Assembly (NCBI GenBank): GCA_013314775.1
Contig: JABUFB010000002.1
Coordinates: forward strand, 122,576 to 186,575
Length of the DNA: 64,000 nt
Origin: Armatimonadota bacterium
Lineage (GTDB): Bacteria; Armatimonadota; Zipacnadia; Zipacnadales; JABUFB01
Direction of reading: 5' to 3'
The position numbers were made by a program, and so were the translations under genes. The notes under the pieces were generated by a model, which worked only from the letters and a program-made list of their open reading frames with translations, ran no database searches and was not told the origin of the DNA. Each line of letters begins with the position of its first letter. Within the stretch, counting starts at the first letter, position 1. This document shows positions 46,599 to 56,268 of this stretch, in pieces.

Positions 46599-47705
46599 TC
46601 AGTCAACCGGCTGGCCGAGTTCATAGCTCACGCTGCGACCTCCGCCCGGGCCTCGGACCAGAATGCCGCGCTCGAGGAGATCGCGAATGTCGCGCAGCGC
46701 AGTATCCTTGGAGCATTTCGCGATTCGCGCCCACTTCGAGGTAGTCAGCTTTCCTTCGAACTCGCCCAGCAGGAGGTTCAGCACCCGGCGTTGGCGCTCG
46801 TTGACTGGCCCCGCAGCATCCCAGAAACGCGCCCTGTGGATGGTCCGTGACAGCGTGTCCTGCGCGCCGCTGATTGCCCGCCCCAGGCACTCGATGAACC
46901 AGTCCAGCCACGGCGTGACGTCCATCGTCCCCTTCTGCGTGCGCTCCAGAATCGTGTAGTAGGCCTCGCGTTCCAGGCGGATCTGCGCGGACATGCTGTA
47001 CGCACGCTGTGCCGTGCCCTCACAGCGCGCAAGAGCCATATCGGCAACCGCCCGGGCGATGCGCCCGTTGCCGTCGTCGAAGGGGTGAACCGTGACCAAC
47101 CACAGATGGGCGATCCCCGCCTGCAGGATTCCGTCGATCTTCGGGTCGCCCTCAAACCACTCCAGGAAGGCCTGCATCTCCCGCTCAAGCTTGTCTGCCG
47201 ACGGGGCCTCAAAGTGAACACGCTCGCGCCCGGTGCGGCCCGAGACAACCTGCATCGGGCCTGTCTCGTCTGTGCGCCAGGCGCCAACGGTGATCCGCCG
47301 CATTCCGCTGCGCCCAGTGGGGAACAGGGACGCGTGCCAGCCGCGGAGCCTGTCGGCGGTCAGCGGCTCGCGGTAGCGCTGGGTAGCGTCCACCACCACC
47401 TCCACCACTCCCTCGACCCGGCGGTCTACGGTCTGCAGCCCGCCCGCATCCATACCCAGCCGTCTCGCCACGGATGAGCGGACCTGCGCAGCGTCCAGGT
47501 GTTCTCCTTCGATGTCGCTGGTTCGGAGAGCATCCTCAGTGAGCACGCCGAGGGTTGTCTCGTCACGAACGGCAAAGCCCAGCGACTCAAGTTGCCCTAG
47601 CAGGCGGCCCTGCTGAAACCGGACCCCAGCCAGACGCTGAGACAGAAGTCCAGCATCCCAACGGAATTGTGGCCAATCCTGCTGATCGTAGATGTACTGG
47701 CTCAT
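46599..47705 (-). CDS. Fic-family protein (DUF4172 N-terminus, Fic core, C-terminal winged HTH)
   Basis: HPFDDGNGRIARAV is the Fic HPFx[DE]GNGR motif. MSQYIYDQQDWPQFRWD matches the DUF4172-type N-terminus. The first ATG is three codons upstream, at 47714. Confidence 0.85.
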   Translation of the reverse strand: MSQYIYDQQDWPQFRWDAGLLSQRLAGVRFQQGRLLGQLESLGFAVRDETTLGVLTEDALRTSDIEGEHLDAAQVRSSVARRLGMDAGGLQTVDRRVEGVVEVVVDATQRYREPLTADRLRGWHASLFPTGRSGMRRITVGAWRTDETGPMQVVSGRTGRERVHFEAPSADKLEREMQAFLEWFEGDPKIDGILQAGIAHLWLVTVHPFDDGNGRIARAVADMALARCEGTAQRAYSMSAQIRLEREAYYTILERTQKGTMDVTPWLDWFIECLGRAISGAQDTLSRTIHRARFWDAAGPVNERQRRVLNLLLGEFEGKLTTSKWARIAKCSKDTALRDIRDLLERGILVRGPGGGRSVSYELGQPVD

Positions 47706-47807
47706 TCGCCGCACCCCATGCGGCGATTATACTCGGTGTCCACCGCAAGCGCAACTATTCGCCGCAGAATTTGCGGCGAATAGGGCCGTCATTCACCGCA
47801 TACTGCC

Positions 47808-48842
47808 TCACAGATACTTCCCGAAAAACGCATGCGCCTTGTTATTCGCGAAGGCGTGCTCACCCGGGTGAATGTCCACCCAGAGGTCCTCTTCCGCTCC
47901 CGCCGCCGCGTAGATGCGTTTGAGGGCTTCAATGCTGATGAGCTGGTCTTCGATAGGGAAGCAGGTGTCATGAACCCCGGCCTCCACCAGAAGCGGCCGC
48001 GGGGCAATCAATCCGGCGATGTCGTGGGTGTCGAAGTACTTGTGAATCTCGGGCACAATCTGGGAGCCGCAGAAGTTGGCGCGGTTCACCCCGAAGCGCT
48101 CCCACGGGTTGAGGTAACCGATGATGTCCGCGCACTTGAAGCGGGGCTCGGCGGCAACCGCCCAGGTGGTCATCGTGCCGCCCTGGGACAGGCCCATCAT
48201 CCCGATACGCGCCGGGTCGACCTCCGCCCGGGTCTCCAGGTAATCCACGCAGCGCTTCATGTCCCAGATGTTCAGGGTGAGAGTGTAGATGCCGAAGATG
48301 GCGCCCCGGATGAAGTGCACATTGCACTTGTCCCGACCCGGGTAAGGATTGCCCCCGTCGGCGCGCTCACCGAACACCCGCAGGTCGGGGCTGATGGTGA
48401 GATAGCCCGCGCGGGCCATGATCTCGCCGTAGTTGTAGCAGTGCTGGTCGATGTCGCTGCGCAATGCGGGCGTCGTTGCATTGCCCGCCACGGCCTCCTT
48501 GCCGAAGGCTCCGTGTCCATGGCTGCAGACGATGGCCGCGCCTTTGCCGTTGGAGGGCATGTCCGCCGGCCGCAGGACCACGCAGGGTACCGACATGTGT
48601 TCTTCGGAGTCGAAGATCACGCGTTCGCGGATGATCCCGTTCTCCTCGACGCTGAAAATGACTTCCGGGTCCAGGTCCACGGGCTCCGGGAAGTCTCCCA
48701 GCAGTTCGAAGTACTTCTCGCTGGCGTGCGACTGCCACTCCTCGAAGTCCTCCTGGGTCGAACCCCTGAACGCGAGCAGCGGCTCCCAGTCTGCGGCGAT
48801 GCGGTTGAAGTACTCGATCATTGAGAAGTTGCGCTTGGCCAT
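47808..48842 (-). CDS. alpha/beta hydrolase, acetyl-xylan-esterase/dienelactone-hydrolase-like
   Basis: ...AAIVCSHGHGAF..., GLSQGG (GxSxG), a C-terminal His region. No signal peptide. Confidence 0.8.
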   Translation of the reverse strand: MAKRNFSMIEYFNRIAADWEPLLAFRGSTQEDFEEWQSHASEKYFELLGDFPEPVDLDPEVIFSVEENGIIRERVIFDSEEHMSVPCVVLRPADMPSNGKGAAIVCSHGHGAFGKEAVAGNATTPALRSDIDQHCYNYGEIMARAGYLTISPDLRVFGERADGGNPYPGRDKCNVHFIRGAIFGIYTLTLNIWDMKRCVDYLETRAEVDPARIGMMGLSQGGTMTTWAVAAEPRFKCADIIGYLNPWERFGVNRANFCGSQIVPEIHKYFDTHDIAGLIAPRPLLVEAGVHDTCFPIEDQLISIEALKRIYAAAGAEEDLWVDIHPGEHAFANNKAHAFFGKYL

Positions 48843-48969
48843 GTTGAGGCCCCCTTTCGGGTGTGGGTTTTCGCTGAATCTCGCGAGGTCTCCTTCCGCC
48901 GCGGGTAGGTAAGGAGGCGAAAGCGGCGAATTTCATTCCGATCGAAGGCTTTTGCGGAGTTCCTGAGTC

Positions 48970-49536
48970 ATGAACCGGGATTCCCTGGCCCCCGTGGGAT
49001 GCGCGGCTGTGGTGGCTTTGTTCGTCATCCTGTTCGCTATGTCGGCTATCGCCCAGGCGAACGGGCACTACGCGGAGGCGCGCGCCTTGTTCAGGGCCGC
49101 CCTTACGGTGGCTATCGGGGGACCGCTGGTGGTCGGTGCAGTCCTGGGAGTTCAGGTCTGGCTCTACCGCGGCCGAATCGACCAGGCGCAACAGGACCTT
49201 ATTCAGCGCGCGGAACGCCTGCGCAGGGAGCGCGAACAGGCCAGGGCGAGGGCCGCAGCGGCCACACCTCCGGCCGCAGTGCCGCGCGCGCCGACGATCC
49301 AGGGTAAGACAGCGCCTATCGTGGGTCAGGCCGGGTCCTCGACTTCCGCAGACCGGGTGGTCACTCCTGCGGCGATTCGGGCCGAGAAGGACCTCAAGGA
49401 GTGCCCGGTATGCCAGACCAGGATCTTCCAAGCGGAGCAGATTGTGTCATGCCCGGTCTGCAGGGCGACGCATCACAAAGACTGCTGGGAGTACAACGGG
49501 GGCTGCGCGGTTTTCGGCTGCAAGGCCCGGCTCTGA
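48970..49536 (+). CDS. membrane-anchored protein with a C-terminal Cys/His-rich zinc-finger-like module (paralog 1)
   Basis: MNRD start, two TM helices, RAERLRREREQ helix, and C-terminal CPVCQTRIFQAEQIVSCPVCRATHHKDCWEYNGGCAVFGC. Supported by its downstream paralog, which shows protein-level conservation. Confidence 0.6.
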   Translation: MNRDSLAPVGCAAVVALFVILFAMSAIAQANGHYAEARALFRAALTVAIGGPLVVGAVLGVQVWLYRGRIDQAQQDLIQRAERLRREREQARARAAAATPPAAVPRAPTIQGKTAPIVGQAGSSTSADRVVTPAAIRAEKDLKECPVCQTRIFQAEQIVSCPVCRATHHKDCWEYNGGCAVFGCKARL

Positions 49537-49587
49537 AGGCGGGCTGTCACACCTGTAGCGAACCTTTGGGAGTCTGCGAGTGACGGG

Positions 49588-50166
49588 ATGAACAGGGACA
49601 CATTCACCGTGGGCGGCTGCGCCTTGATCGCCTTCGCAAGCCTCATGGCGTGGCCCTTCGGGTACGGTTGGACCGTGCTCATCCTGGGCTGCGGCATCGT
49701 CGGCCTTGCCACCGGGATCCTGATGATCTGGGACCTGATACAGGATGAGCGGGCCCGCAAAGCGCTGATTGAGCGCGCCGAGAGACTCCGGCGCGAGCGT
49801 GAGCGCTCACGCCTGGGCGGATACCCGGCCGGAGCCCCCGCGGCTGCAATTCCCCCGCTGGAGCCCGTTGAGGCCGCTGCGCGCGAGACACTGGTGATTG
49901 ATCTGGACGCCGAGGATGAGTGGGAGGTCGAGAGTGCGCATCGTATTCCGGTGATCGAGGTCATCCCGCGCCGCCGAATGGAGCCAGGCCGAGCCGAAAA
50001 GAGCATGGCTGAATGTCCCGTGTGCCAGGGCAGGGTTCTCCGCGGCGAGTTGTATGTGACATGCCCGGCGTGTGGCACTCCGCACCATCAGGACTGCTGG
50101 GAGTACTACGGTGGCTGCGGGGTCTATGGTTGCCCGCAGGGCCCACAGAAGGGTGTCGTGCGGTGA
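49588..50166 (+). CDS. membrane-anchored protein with a C-terminal Cys/His-rich zinc-finger-like module (paralog 2)
   Basis: MNRD start, TM helices, RAERLRRERE, and CPVCQGRVLRGELYVTCPACGTPHHQDCWEYYGGCGVYGC. It shares the same motif spacing as paralog 1. Confidence 0.6.
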   Translation: MNRDTFTVGGCALIAFASLMAWPFGYGWTVLILGCGIVGLATGILMIWDLIQDERARKALIERAERLRRERERSRLGGYPAGAPAAAIPPLEPVEAAARETLVIDLDAEDEWEVESAHRIPVIEVIPRRRMEPGRAEKSMAECPVCQGRVLRGELYVTCPACGTPHHQDCWEYYGGCGVYGCPQGPQKGVVR

Positions 50167-50262
50167 AGGCCAATCACCGTGAACATTGTTGAGGCTTCGC
50201 CGGAAGCATGGGTGCCAGGTGGAAGGGTAGACGGCATTCAGAGCGCAAGCCCGCATCTTGCA

Positions 50263-50289
50263 CGCGGCGACGGCAAACGGCCGTCGCCG
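50263..50289. terminator. terminator-like hairpin between convergent genes
   Basis: CGGCGACGGC-aaacg-GCCGTCGCCG, a 10-11 bp stem. Confidence 0.4.
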
Positions 50290-50449
50290 CCACCCCTCGC
50301 CGGATTGCTGGGGCGTCTGTGAAGCCCGGGCACCTTCGGAAAGCAAGGCCAAGGCACGACTATCTCCTCCCCTGCCCCACCGCCCCGTGAATTGACTTCA
50401 CTTTCTGAGACGTGCCAATACCCCCCGCAGGCGCAAGAGAGAACCGGAT

Positions 50450-52285
50450 TCAGGTGTGAGAAAAGAGTGTCTGATCGCCCGAAAGGACGCGCCCCACCTG
50501 GATGGCACCGCGGACGGAGTTGCCGATGAGTACCTCCTCCGCACGGGACAGGGCCTCAATCGGAAGCGGTTCCTGGCGGGAGCCGGTGCGGTCGATGAAC
50601 GCCTGTCGCCAGACGCCGGGCAGCAGGCCCTCGGTGATGGGCGGCGTTACCCAATGACCGCCGATGCGCAGGAAGAGACTGGTGATGGCGCCTTCGGTGA
50701 GGCAGTCGCGCTCATTGGCGAAGATGACCTCGAAGAGCCCCTCGTCGATGGCAGCCTGGCGCTCGCGGTCATACAGATCGCGGCGGTTGGTCTTGTGGTA
50801 CAGCAGGCGGTCGCCCGAGTCCACGCGCTCAGAAGACAGGCGCACGGCTACAGGACCGGCAGGCGGCTGGGGCGCCGGGCGAGTGGAGACGGTCATTTTG
50901 CCGGCGCGGTTCAGGGAGATGCGAACCACGAGAGGCGCTTCGTGCGCTTCCCTCGCGACCTGCGCGAGGCGGTCTCGGATGGCCTGCTCATCCGCCGCGA
51001 AGTCCCAATAGTCAGCGCTTGCGAGGAGTCGGGCGACGTGGGCCTGCAGGTGCGCGTACTCCCGTTCGGCATTGAGCAGCAGTGTCTCGAAGAGTTCCAT
51101 CGCGGGCTGGACCCGGAAAGCGAAAGTGGACTTGAGGAGCGTCTCATCGTACTCCGCCTGCTCGTCAGAGTCCCACACTATTCCAGCGCCGATACCCAGG
51201 TCATACTGCCCCTGGCGGTGGACCAGGGTGCGGATGGGCAGGTTGCAGGTGAAGTCTCCGCCGGGCATGAACAGGCCGATTGCCCCGCAGTAGACGCCTC
51301 GCGGTTCCGGCTCCAGCTCGCGGATGATCTCCAGCGTGCGCTTTTTCGGCGCACCGGTGACGGATGCGCCTGGAAAGGTGGCCGCGAATACATCGGCGAC
51401 TCCGGATCCCTGGGGGACCGTGCCCACGACCGTCGAGGTCATCTGCCACACGGTTCCGTATTTCTCGGCCTCGAACAGCACGGGGGTGCGCACGGAACCC
51501 AGTTCGCAGAAGCGCCCAAGATCATTGCGCATCATGTCGACGATCATCAGGTTCTCGGCGCGGTCTTTCACGGAAGTCACCAGGTCCCGCGCGAGGTCTG
51601 CGTCCTCCCGGTGAGTGCGGCCACGAGGGCGTGTGCCTTTCATTGGCTTGGTAGCGATGAGTCGCCCGCGCTTGCGCAGGAGCAGCTCGGGCGACAGGCT
51701 CAGCACCTGGGCATCGCCGAGATTCAGCCACGCAGCGTAGGGGACGGGGTGAGAGCCCAGCATGGCCAGGAAATACAGGGCCGGGTCGCCGGGCATCTCG
51801 AACCGCGCGTGGCAGGTGTAGTTCACCTGGTACGTGTCGCCGGCGGCGATGTACTCCTTGATGGCGGCGATGGCGGCGCAGTAGTCCTGCCGGCTGATGT
51901 TCAGGGCCACGGTCACATCGGGCACGGGGAAGTCGGCAGGAGTGGCTAACTGGTCCGGCTCAAGCGTCTGTACATGGTCCGGCTCGTAGCAAGCCATCCA
52001 TACCAGCGGCGTGCGTGACCACGGGTCGTGGTGGGACAGGCCGAATGCCCGACCGGCCTCAAAGGCGACGAACCCAGCCACGGTGAGGCCATCTCGCAGT
52101 GCTTCGTCCACCCGAGCGAGAGCGCTGGAGACTTCACCGGGCTCCCAGGTTTCAATGATGGCTCGCGGTGCTTCGAGGAGCGTGGCCGCGCAGCCCTCGC
52201 GCCAGGTGTCATTGCCCGCCAAAAGGACAGCGCCCGCCTTGGAAAGACGGGCACAGAGATCATCCATGTTCACCCTCCACGACAC
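50450..52285 (-). CDS. pabBC: aminodeoxychorismate synthase component I fused to aminodeoxychorismate lyase (PabB-PabC)
   Basis: Chorismate-binding domain (...MIVDMMRNDLGRF..., GAPKKRTLEIIRELEPEPRGVYCGAIGLF). The C-terminal ~200 aa is class-IV aminotransferase/ADC-lyase-like (GLFEVIFANERDCLTEGAITSLFL...). Confidence 0.85.
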   Translation of the reverse strand: MSWRVNMDDLCARLSKAGAVLLAGNDTWREGCAATLLEAPRAIIETWEPGEVSSALARVDEALRDGLTVAGFVAFEAGRAFGLSHHDPWSRTPLVWMACYEPDHVQTLEPDQLATPADFPVPDVTVALNISRQDYCAAIAAIKEYIAAGDTYQVNYTCHARFEMPGDPALYFLAMLGSHPVPYAAWLNLGDAQVLSLSPELLLRKRGRLIATKPMKGTRPRGRTHREDADLARDLVTSVKDRAENLMIVDMMRNDLGRFCELGSVRTPVLFEAEKYGTVWQMTSTVVGTVPQGSGVADVFAATFPGASVTGAPKKRTLEIIRELEPEPRGVYCGAIGLFMPGGDFTCNLPIRTLVHRQGQYDLGIGAGIVWDSDEQAEYDETLLKSTFAFRVQPAMELFETLLLNAEREYAHLQAHVARLLASADYWDFAADEQAIRDRLAQVAREAHEAPLVVRISLNRAGKMTVSTRPAPQPPAGPVAVRLSSERVDSGDRLLYHKTNRRDLYDRERQAAIDEGLFEVIFANERDCLTEGAITSLFLRIGGHWVTPPITEGLLPGVWRQAFIDRTGSRQEPLPIEALSRAEEVLIGNSVRGAIQVGRVLSGDQTLFSHT

Positions 52286-52303
52286 GCCGCCGGTTGGGGC
52301 GGC

Positions 52304-53095
52304 TTACAGGTTCGCGATCCAACCGGCAAGGGCCGCTGTTCCGGGTTCGGTGGCCGCGATGGTGTGGGGCTCGAGAGCCGCAACGGCGCAGCGGTCTGCC
52401 AGAAGCGCGATGCAATCCGCATTCCTCACAGTGCCCGTGCCCACGGTGACATTGGTGGCATCGGGCCGGACTCCGGGCTCATGCCAGATCTGGTGGGTGT
52501 AGTCCTTCACGTGGCAGTGGATCGTCCAGGGCAGCAGCTCACGAACGCTCTCGACTTCATCTTCACCCCAGAGGAAGAAATTGCCGGTGTCCGAGCAGAA
52601 TCGCAGGCCCTCGGGTCCGAGTTCCTCCATCAACCACCGGCACTGGCCCGGGGTGTGCATGAGGGTGCCCGCGTTCTCCACCACCAGTGTCAAGCCGGCG
52701 GCCTTGATCGCCGGGAGCTTCTCGGACAGGCGGTCGGCATAGCGCCGGCGCATATCGTCGCCGGAATGGGAATGCTGGGTCCCATGGGTGAAAACGATGG
52801 GCGCACCCAGGGTGCAGGCATCGTCGATTCCCTGGCGGAAGAGGTCGTCCACTGCGGCGATCGTGGCCGCATCGGTCGCGTTCAGATCGACGCCGATATA
52901 GTAACACGCGCAGGGCATACCGGCATCGTCCAGGTACTTGCGCACCTCTGCTGCGGACCGCCCACCGAGGAAAGATGGGAAGATATCCAGCGTCTGGACA
53001 CCCCAGGACTTCAGGAGCGCAAGATGAGAGGGCAGGTCCAGTGACCTGCCCTGGAACTCCGTGAGTGGCGAGGCGACCATGAGACCGGTCTTCAT
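52304..53095 (-). CDS. sugar phosphate isomerase/epimerase (xylose isomerase-like TIM barrel, AP_endonuc_2 fold)
   Basis: ...GVQTLDIFPSF..., LTLVVENAG, HCHVKDY are the characteristic metal-ligand motifs. Confidence 0.8.
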   Translation of the reverse strand: MKTGLMVASPLTEFQGRSLDLPSHLALLKSWGVQTLDIFPSFLGGRSAAEVRKYLDDAGMPCACYYIGVDLNATDAATIAAVDDLFRQGIDDACTLGAPIVFTHGTQHSHSGDDMRRRYADRLSEKLPAIKAAGLTLVVENAGTLMHTPGQCRWLMEELGPEGLRFCSDTGNFFLWGEDEVESVRELLPWTIHCHVKDYTHQIWHEPGVRPDATNVTVGTGTVRNADCIALLADRCAVAALEPHTIAATEPGTAALAGWIANL

Positions 53096-53143
53096 CGTGC
53101 GGTGCCTCCGGTCAACCGCCTTAGGGCATCGGCGTTGGGAGAA

Positions 53144-54159
53144 TCAGTCCTCATACGGGACCTTCATGGCCTTGCCGGACTGCGACGACTTTTCGGCGCA
53201 CTCGATGATCCCGATGACGCGCCGGGCCTGCTCGGGCTTGACCATAAGGTCGGCGCCGCGCAGAAGATGGTCGCCGATGTTGTTGTACCACGTCTGGTAG
53301 TCGGTGTCCTCGAAGGGGATCGTGCCATGCACCGGGATTCCGTTCTTGAAGACATGCAGATCCAGGTGGTCACCAGCGTGGACCAGGGCTCCTTCGGTGC
53401 CGAGTATACGCCAGCGGGGCTTGCCCACCGCAGCGATGCTTGACTGCTGGACATTTGCGACTGCGCCATTGTCGAAGCGGATGCAGGCTTCCACGTGATC
53501 TTCGTTGGTCATGGTGTGCCAGACGCGCTTGTGATAGAAGCCTGTGACCGTATCGATCTTCCCGGGCATGACTTGAAGGAGCCAGTCGAGGAAGTGGGCG
53601 CCCCAGTCGTAGAACGCGCCGCCGCTGATCTCCTTGTCCGCGCGCCACCAGTCTCGTGGAGGATTGTAGCCACCCATCCACATTTCCACGTGGAAAACCT
53701 CGCCGATGACCCCGCTTTCGACCGTGTGCAATATGGCCTTGAAATCCCCGTCGCGCCGCCTGTTGTGGTAGACGGTGAGCATGGTGCCGGACTTCTGTGC
53801 AGCTTCGATCATCTGAGTCGCCTGCTTGATCGTGATGCACATGGGCTTCTCGACGATCACGTGCTTACCGGCCTTGGAGCACTGGATGGCGACTTCGGCG
53901 TGGATGTTGTGCGGAAGGATCACCACACACAGGTCCACGTCATCGTCCTTGAGGAGATCCTTGACATCATTGTAAGTGCGGATGCCGGGGAAGTCCTCGG
54001 CGGCCTGTGCGGTGCGGGTCTTATCCACGTCGCAGACGGCGACGGTCTGCATCCCCTCGACGGCATTGATCATGTTCGCATGGGCGCGCCCCATATTGAA
54101 GGCGCCGCCATAGCCGATCATCGCGCAGTTGATCTGTTTCTTCTTGGCCAAAGCTCCCG
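53144..54159 (-). CDS. Gfo/Idh/MocA-family NAD(P)-dependent oxidoreductase
   Basis: INCAMIGYGGAFNMGRAH (Rossmann GxGxxG region), VVILPHNIHAEVAIQCSKAGKHVIVEKP (the EKP motif). Start assigned to TTG at 54159 with GGAGGGAG 9 nt upstream. The ORF-track start at 54235 adds an Arg-rich extension. Confidence 0.8.
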
Positions 54160-54386
54160 TCTCCCTCCGAAGGGTCGATGAACGCCGGGCAAGCCGGCGA
54201 GTCGGTGTGAAGCCGACAGGCTGCGGGGGGACCATTCTGCACTCCTGGCGGGGAGACCTTCAAGGCTTGGCACAGTGGCAACCGACTCCTAATAGGCTCT
54301 TAGCGGCGCCCTAATGGTCCGGGAATACAGTCATGTCCAGACACGGAGGCCGAGAGCCTCCGACAATGCGAAGGAGGAATCTCCCT

Positions 54387-55298
54387 ATGAAGCGCGGTTT
54401 CACGCTCATCGAGCTGCTGGTTGTGATCGCAATCATCGCGATCCTGGCAGCAATTCTCTTCCCGGTCTTCGCACAGGCCCGGGAGAAGGCCCGGCAAGCC
54501 AGTTGTCTGAGCAATATGAAACAGCTGGGCCTCGGAATGATGATGTACGCGCAGGACTACGACGAGACACTCCCGATGTCCTACTACTACGTCAACGGCG
54601 CGAACAGCAGCAATGGTTACGTCCAGTGGAGCGGCCTGATTGCTCCGTACGTGAAGAATTGGGGCATCTTCATCTGCCCGCAGCACAAGGTCAAGGGCTG
54701 GGCGCCGACCTGTTTCTCGACACCGCCGGTTGAGCCTCCCCCCGGCCAGACACCGCTCAATGCCAGCAACGACATCCAGGCTCCACGCCTGAGCTACGTG
54801 GCGAACGAACTGGTCATCCCGCGGAAGAAATATGCCACGGTACCTCAGCAGTGCGTGAATCTGTCGATGTGTGATTACCCTGCGGAGACAATCATGCTGG
54901 CCGAGTACACTGATTATATCCAGTGCCTGCTGGACACATCTCCGACCGGCGGCGACGCGATCAAGTCGCACCGCCCGACCAACGGCGTCAGCATGGGTGG
55001 AGCGGTGTTCGATGGCGAGGCGTATGCAGGCGCACCGGTCATCGCTCTTACCGCGGCCGAAGCCCGTGCGGCCATCTCCGCGGCGGAGGCCAGCAGCGCG
55101 ATGGGTAAGCATCACATCTGCTACATCAACCCGGCAGCGCACAATGGTGGGACTAACTACAACTTCGCCGATGGCCACGCCAAGTGGCTCAAGCTCGAGG
55201 CCACCCTGGACCCGAACAGCTTCCTGTGGGGCAAGCGCGCGTACTCGTGCCCCGGCATGCCGGCCGTTCTTCGTTCGACCGGGGGTCCGGTGGGGTAG
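54387..55298 (+). CDS. prepilin-type N-terminal cleavage/methylation domain protein with H-X9-DG motif (DUF1559 family), paralog of the 2392 gene
   Basis: [46 protein letters not shown] and C-terminal [20 protein letters not shown] lies 9 nt upstream of the ATG. Confidence 0.9.
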   Translation: MKRGFTLIELLVVIAIIAILAAILFPVFAQAREKARQASCLSNMKQLGLGMMMYAQDYDETLPMSYYYVNGANSSNGYVQWSGLIAPYVKNWGIFICPQHKVKGWAPTCFSTPPVEPPPGQTPLNASNDIQAPRLSYVANELVIPRKKYATVPQQCVNLSMCDYPAETIMLAEYTDYIQCLLDTSPTGGDAIKSHRPTNGVSMGGAVFDGEAYAGAPVIALTAAEARAAISAAEASSAMGKHHICYINPAAHNGGTNYNFADGHAKWLKLEATLDPNSFLWGKRAYSCPGMPAVLRSTGGPVG

Positions 55299-55339
55299 TG
55301 GACTGACTCACCCAATCGTGCACGGCACGACAGCTGCAA

Positions 55340-55381
55340 ACACAGGCGCCACCCGGGAGAGGGTGGCGCCTGTGTGTTTCG
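55340..55381. terminator. strong bidirectional intrinsic terminator between convergent genes
   Basis: ACACAGGCGCCACCC-gggaga-GGGTGGCGCCTGTGT is a perfect 15-bp stem. It is flanked by AAAC upstream and GTTTC downstream. Confidence 0.75.
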
Positions 55382-55411
55382 ACAGTCACGGCTTGCAGAA
55401 TACGGACGCGG

Positions 55412-56188
55412 TCAGGCCACTCCCGCAAACTTCTTAACGGCTTCGAGGGCTTCGCGATGGCAGCCGGTGGGCTTGAACTCCAGGCCCACATAGCGATCGT
55501 AGCTGGTCTCGCTGATGGCCCTGAAGACGTTGGTGTAGTTGATTTCCCCGGAGCCGGGCTCATGCCGGCCGGGGACGTCGGCAACGTGGAAGTGGCCGAT
55601 CAGATCGATGTTCGCGGTGATGGTGGCGATGAGGTTGCCCTCGGTAATCTGCTGGTGATAGATGTCATACAGCAGCTTGACATTGGGGCTGTTCACCGCG
55701 CGCAGAATATCGAAACCCTCGGCGGAACTGGAAAGGAAGTACCCCTTGTGGTCCACGGCGATGTTCAGGGGCTCGAGAACGAGGGTGATGCCCTGCTCTT
55801 CGGCGAAGGGTGCGATGCCTCGTAGGCCGGAGACGATGCTGTCATGCTGGGCCCACATGGAAACGTCGGGGATCGCGTTCCCGGTGGTGACGATGAGGGT
55901 CGGCACGCCGACTTCCTTCGCCTTCAGGATGGACTCCTTGGCACCCTCAATCCAGGTGCGGGTGTTGGTCGGATCTACGAGTGCGCCCACGCTCTCACAG
56001 GAGAACCCGGCGAGGGTCATGCCGGTTTCTTTCGCCTTTGCGCAGATTGCGTCGAGGTCCTTATTCTTCCAGCCCCAGAACTCGAAGGCCGGTAGGCCGC
56101 AGTCGGCCACCTTCACGATGCGCTCCGGGAACTCCGGGACTTGATTGTAGATCATCTCAATGCAAGCGGACAGCTTGATAGCGGCCAT
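55412..56188 (-). CDS. hyi: hydroxypyruvate isomerase family protein
   Basis: LLYDIYHQQITEGNLIATITANIDLIGHFHVADVPGRHEPGSGEINYTNVF...YVGLEFKP matches the Hyi signature YDIYHMQ...EG.L...I.H.Q.AD.P.R.EPG.GEINY. Confidence 0.85.
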   Translation of the reverse strand: MAAIKLSACIEMIYNQVPEFPERIVKVADCGLPAFEFWGWKNKDLDAICAKAKETGMTLAGFSCESVGALVDPTNTRTWIEGAKESILKAKEVGVPTLIVTTGNAIPDVSMWAQHDSIVSGLRGIAPFAEEQGITLVLEPLNIAVDHKGYFLSSSAEGFDILRAVNSPNVKLLYDIYHQQITEGNLIATITANIDLIGHFHVADVPGRHEPGSGEINYTNVFRAISETSYDRYVGLEFKPTGCHREALEAVKKFAGVA

Positions 56189-56268
56189 GCGAAAATCCTC
56201 CGTGTGATTCGTTGAAGCCCCCGCAAACGGGGCCGACTCCGCGATTGTCGCGCGAGCGATTGCGTGGG

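Noticed and set aside
46599-47714. Fic gene as part of a mobile element or toxin-antitoxin island
   Set aside because: No integrase, transposase, tRNA target, direct repeats or antitoxin-like partner ORF nearby. The flanking genes are ordinary chromosomal (thioredoxin-like, esterase).
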